This document shows positions 60,510-64,000 of a DNA stretch of 64,000 bases, one piece after another (position 1 is the first letter of the stretch; the number at the start of each line of letters is the position of its first letter). Under the pieces are notes generated by a model, which did no database searches, had not been told where the DNA came from, and saw only the letters and a program-made list of their open reading frames with translations. Source of the stretch: a candidate division BRC1 bacterium HGW-BRC1-1 (GTDB lineage Bacteria > Sumerlaeota > Sumerlaeia > Sumerlaeales > Sumerlaeaceae); NCBI GenBank assembly GCA_002842095.1, contig PHCB01000006.1, positions 206,044-270,043 of the forward strand, read 5' to 3'. The position numbers and the translations under genes were made by a program.

Positions 60510-61028
60510 ATGTGCATGAACCCCATCGTCGGAACAGCAGCAGCAACCAAGGAAGGGTGCAGAGAAGTGGAAATTGACGTACGCAACAAGTGCAAGACGA
60601 ACATCATCACGGGCCATCGCCTGAAGAAGATCACGAACAACGTCCTGAAACTGGTGCTCGAGGAGAAAGGCCGCGCCAACGCGGAAGTCTCCATTGTATT
60701 TGTCGATGACGCCGAAATGCGCAACCTCAACCGGAACTTCCGGGGCATCAACAAGAGCACAGACGTGCTCGCCTTCCCCATGAACACAGGCAAGTTCGCC
60801 AACATCAACCCGGACCTCCTGGGCGATATCGTCATCAGCGTCCCCACGGCCCGCAAATACGCCGAGATGAACGAGCGCTCCCTGGAGCGCGAGCTGTCCG
60901 TCCTGCTCATCCACGGCGTGCTTCATCTGCTCGGCTTCGACCACGAATCCGCCAAGGAAGAAGTGGCCATGCGCGAGCTCGAAAGCGAATTCCTCATGCT
61001 GGTGGAAGAAGAACTCACCTTCGCCTGA
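60510..61028 (+). CDS. ybeY: rRNA maturation endoribonuclease YbeY
   Basis: The HGVLHLLGFDHE zinc-binding motif is present. The exact start is uncertain. Confidence 0.8.
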   Translation: MCMNPIVGTAAATKEGCREVEIDVRNKCKTNIITGHRLKKITNNVLKLVLEEKGRANAEVSIVFVDDAEMRNLNRNFRGINKSTDVLAFPMNTGKFANINPDLLGDIVISVPTARKYAEMNERSLERELSVLLIHGVLHLLGFDHESAKEEVAMRELESEFLMLVEEELTFA

Positions 61029-61108
61029 GAGCAACCCAACAGGCAGGTAAGTTGAACCAGGGGCAGGCCGCCAAAGCCTGCCCTTTGCTATTTTCAGGGG
61101 GCGAGGGG

Positions 61109-61141
61109 ATGGACGATATGGACACTATGGACGTTATGGAA
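61109..61141 (+). repeat. ATGGAC-NNN repeat (4 units)
   Basis: ATGGACgatATGGACactATGGACgttATGGAA. Confidence 0.8.
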
Positions 61142-61286
61142 CGCCAATCTCCTGATTGGCACCCACAAGACACAAGGCGCAGGTGAGGCGGCTTCTCAGG
61201 CAGAGAAAGTCCGCTTTATTTTCTTCTCGGTGTCTTACCAGCGCTCCTCCTCGCCCGTTTAAAAGCGCCAATCAGGAGATTGGCGT
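61141..61286. repeat. MITE-like module: two 18-20 bp palindromes in inverted orientation flanking about 105 bp
   Basis: ACGCCAATCTCCTGATTGGC (61141-61160) and GCGCCAATCAGGAGATTGGCGT (61265-61286) are present. Each is itself a GCCAATC-N4-GATTGGC palindrome. Confidence 0.6.
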
Positions 61287-61408
61287 TCCCAGGAAAAAAA
61301 GCTTCCCCCAAACAAAGAAGCGGGGGCGCTTCAGCGCGGAGAACTCCGCCACCGATGCGCCCCCGCTAAGGGGTTTTATTTCAAACCAGGACTAAACCCG
61401 CGAAGGGA

Positions 61409-62482
61409 TTAGTACAGGCTCCACTCGTTGACGGCAGCAGCCGGCGTGGTGGGCTTGGTGTAGACCTGGATGACGCCATCGGGGGTACCCGTATTCACAC
61501 CACCATTGAGGACATACAGATAATCCACGCCACCAGCAGTATAAGCGGCGCAGTCGCCAGCACGATAAATGCCAGCCAGCGTCTGAATCACGTTGCCCGT
61601 GGCAGCATCAACCACATACGCATTGTTCTCCGTGCCACCGGCCGCTACGTCCCAGTTGCCATGGATCAGAGTGTCGTCCTTGGCAAAGTAGGTCAGAGAA
61701 GGCTTGACTTGGAACGAGGTGTCGAAGGGCGGAGGTGTGCCACCGGTCTCCCAAGGGGTAACCGTGGTGTAGCCAGCGGGTGCTGCTGCCGTGCCGCCCG
61801 TCACCTTGACGACTTTGCCGCTCTTCATGAGGAAGATCTCGTCATTGCCGCCGACGGTGTCTTGCTTGATGGCGACGTCGCGGACATAGAGGCCAGCAGT
61901 CCAGGGCCAGCTCGTGATCTCGTCGCCGGTTGTAGTGTTAAACACGACGGCTGCGGAGCCGTGCAGGTTAACGGCAAGGAGGGTTCCATTGCTGAACAGG
62001 GCGTTGCCACTGAAGCGAGCCTGGGCGGAAGGATAGAGAACGGTGCCAGCAGTGCCGAACGCTGCAGCTGCGGTACCGGTGCTATCGAATTTCCGAATCT
62101 TCGACGGGGTAACAACTCCCGCGCCGTCGTCACCCGAGAGGTAGACGTTGTTAGCGGCGTCGGTGCTGATGCCCTGCCAACCGTTCCCCAGATCCTCGGT
62201 AGAGGCCGACGTAACCAGCGTGTAGGTGGGCGTGGTGAGGCTGGTGGTGGGTGCGGTGGCTGACCAGACCAGCTTGTCGGTGGCGCCTGGGGTGACGGCG
62301 ACGTACATTTTGCCAGCCGAGTCGACAGCAATGCGGACGGCTGCGATACTGTGATCCGTCGCGGGTGTGAAGTTGGAGGGGGCACCGAAGCTACCGGCGA
62401 AGGCCCAGTCGGCGGGTCCGGCGAAGGCGACGCCCGACGCGAGAGCGACGGCCGCGGTCAGGAACATAACTTGTTTACGCAT
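61409..62482 (-). CDS. Hypothetical secreted protein (Thr/Gly/Ala-rich, probably beta-rich)
   Basis: A signal peptide MRKQVMFLTAAVALASGVAFA is present. Confidence 0.45.
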   Translation of the reverse strand: MRKQVMFLTAAVALASGVAFAGPADWAFAGSFGAPSNFTPATDHSIAAVRIAVDSAGKMYVAVTPGATDKLVWSATAPTTSLTTPTYTLVTSASTEDLGNGWQGISTDAANNVYLSGDDGAGVVTPSKIRKFDSTGTAAAAFGTAGTVLYPSAQARFSGNALFSNGTLLAVNLHGSAAVVFNTTTGDEITSWPWTAGLYVRDVAIKQDTVGGNDEIFLMKSGKVVKVTGGTAAAPAGYTTVTPWETGGTPPPFDTSFQVKPSLTYFAKDDTLIHGNWDVAAGGTENNAYVVDAATGNVIQTLAGIYRAGDCAAYTAGGVDYLYVLNGGVNTGTPDGVIQVYTKPTTPAAAVNEWSLY

Positions 62483-62755
62483 AATCTAAAACTCCTTGTT
62501 AAAATAATAACACATGGGAAATTTCACGCCGGACATCGATTGATAGTCCGGGTGATCTTTCCTGCAAATACAGTGGGCGATGCCGTGGAGATATTACAAG
62601 CATAAAATGAAGGCATATTGCTGATGGTTGAGAGAAATCACTGCGTCCAAAGACATGCCAGCCGCATAGACGCAAGCCGTTTGACAACAGATTTTTACGA
62701 ATTCGTAACAAAATAACCAAGCCGGGTTTTGGGAGGGGGATGAGGTGTGGGGGAG

Positions 62756-62800
62756 ATGGACGGGATGGACTTTATGGACGGTCTGGACACAATGGACACC
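62756..62800 (+). repeat. 9-bp periodic tandem repeat (ATGGAC-NNN)x5
   Basis: ATGGACgggATGGACtttATGGACggtCTGGACacaATGGACacc, in a divergent intergenic region. Confidence 0.85.
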
Positions 62801-63060
62801 CGCCCGAAGCCTCCTGCCTGGACCAATCAAGAGATGGTGTTCCCGGCAAAAACACATCTGTATTATCTCTTCTGCTTTTCTTTGTGTCTTGGTGGCTTTG
62901 TGTCAAAGCATCTGCATTTTGGTTAACCGCACACGACGAAATGTTTGCCGCTGCGGCGAAACGGATATTTCACTATTCTCGTCTTGACAATCCTAGGCGG
63001 GTTGTCTCCCGTCTGTGACCTGTAGCTACACCATCAATCCATCTTAGAAGGGTTCTAATA

Positions 63061-63924
63061 ATGCGTAAACTTATGTTATTTGCATTGGTAAGTGTGGCCT
63101 CCTCGGCTGCGTTTGCCGCGAGCGTCACAGAAACATTTGCCGGCTTGTCTGGCAACGGAACTGCCGTCCTGACCGGCACCTCGTCCATCCCTGGATTCAC
63201 GCTGAACACTGGCGGCAGCGCAGCCCCATTCTCGAAGGTCGGGAACACGGAAGCTTTTCCGGGCCTTGCCAATAATGTTTATTTCGACACGGATGGTTCG
63301 GTGAACGACTGGCCCCAGTTTGACGGCGGCACCATCAACACGAACGCCAATGTGGTTCAGGTCGCCGTTCCGTTGAAGGTAAAGTCGCTTGGTGCTGCCG
63401 CCGCAAATTGCAGCGTGGACATCCTGACGTTGGACCAGACGGCCGGCGCGTACTCGCCTTACTTCAACTTCCGCGCCTCCGGTGGAATTTTCCGCACAAC
63501 GGACGAGAATGGTTGGCCCGGAGTTGCCAGCCCGCTCAGCACCACAGCCTTCGATCCGGCCTCGCCAAACAACTGGCGTGACGCCGACAGCGGACGCTGG
63601 CATCTGCTGGTCTTCAAGATCTCCCCGAGCACGACTGCGGGAGCCGGAGCTTATACGGTATGGGACATCAACCCCAGCACCGGAGCTGCGACTGTGGTAC
63701 AGACCTACACGGGTGCCACGAACGGTGCCGTTCAGGCGACCGTGAACCGCTTCTGCGCCGGTCTCTGCATCGCCGGAGGCGCGGTGAGCGACACAAACAC
63801 ACGAATCCTGATCGACGACATCACCTTCTGGGATGACGCTTTCGCGTCGGACACCGCCTTCCTTGAGGCTGCCCGGGCCAAGTACAACGTCGTGTCCGGC
63901 GTCTCCGACTGGCAATTGTTCTAA
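63061..63924 (+). CDS. Hypothetical secreted protein
   Basis: A signal peptide MRKLMLFALVSVASSAAFA is present. It is adjacent to, but not a paralogue of, the 61409 gene. Confidence 0.45.
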   Translation: MRKLMLFALVSVASSAAFAASVTETFAGLSGNGTAVLTGTSSIPGFTLNTGGSAAPFSKVGNTEAFPGLANNVYFDTDGSVNDWPQFDGGTINTNANVVQVAVPLKVKSLGAAAANCSVDILTLDQTAGAYSPYFNFRASGGIFRTTDENGWPGVASPLSTTAFDPASPNNWRDADSGRWHLLVFKISPSTTAGAGAYTVWDINPSTGAATVVQTYTGATNGAVQATVNRFCAGLCIAGGAVSDTNTRILIDDITFWDDAFASDTAFLEAARAKYNVVSGVSDWQLF

Positions 63925-64000
63925 ATAGAAGGATTTCGCCCGCACCAGATTGATGGCGAAAAACAATTAAATCCCCCGGGATCGGCATCCAAGCCGGTTC

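Noticed and set aside
1-64000. CRISPR arrays, tRNA/rRNA genes, integrases/transposases
   Set aside because: I saw no spacer-repeat arrays with 28-37 bp repeats, no tRNA-like cloverleaf candidates in intergenic regions, and no recombinase-like ORFs. The short repeats found have 9-bp units with no unique spacers.

Overview
This is a 64 kb chromosomal segment, about 65% GC, from a bacterium that looks most consistent with the PVC superphylum (Verrucomicrobia-like). That lineage call rests on gene content, weak Shine-Dalgarno sites and many antisense phantom ORFs, and it is a guess. The content is mostly housekeeping and envelope functions. They include an aa3-type cytochrome c oxidase module (coxB-ctaD, convergent ctaB/ctaA), a Ser/Thr kinase, pta, phoH and a 7TM-HD (PgpH-like) gene, fabG, truB, and an Opp/Dpp-like binding-protein-plus-permease cassette. 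They also include iscS, hldE, cspA, iscA, ybeY and a long type II secretion / type IV pilus-like operon (gspE, gspF, four pseudopilins, a PilM-PilN-like GspL, GspM/PilO-like and GspC/PilP-like genes). I found no rRNA, tRNA, CRISPR array, integrase or transposase. The most unusual observations are listed below.
- A dispersed intergenic repeat family built from 9-bp periodic units, [ATGGAC]NNN with ATGGGA variants, occurs at eight or more loci.
- One protein fuses an endonuclease-III-like HhH/[4Fe-4S] domain to a RadC/JAB domain.
- An RlmI-type rRNA methyltransferase carries a roughly 500-aa Gly/Arg/Pro/Tyr-rich repeat plus a poly-acidic N-terminal extension.
- Four single-NBD ABC ATPase genes have no cognate permease next to them.
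- Two small palindromic repeat families sit in convergent intergenic regions.
All calls come from reading the sequence and from motif recognition. I ran no database searches.
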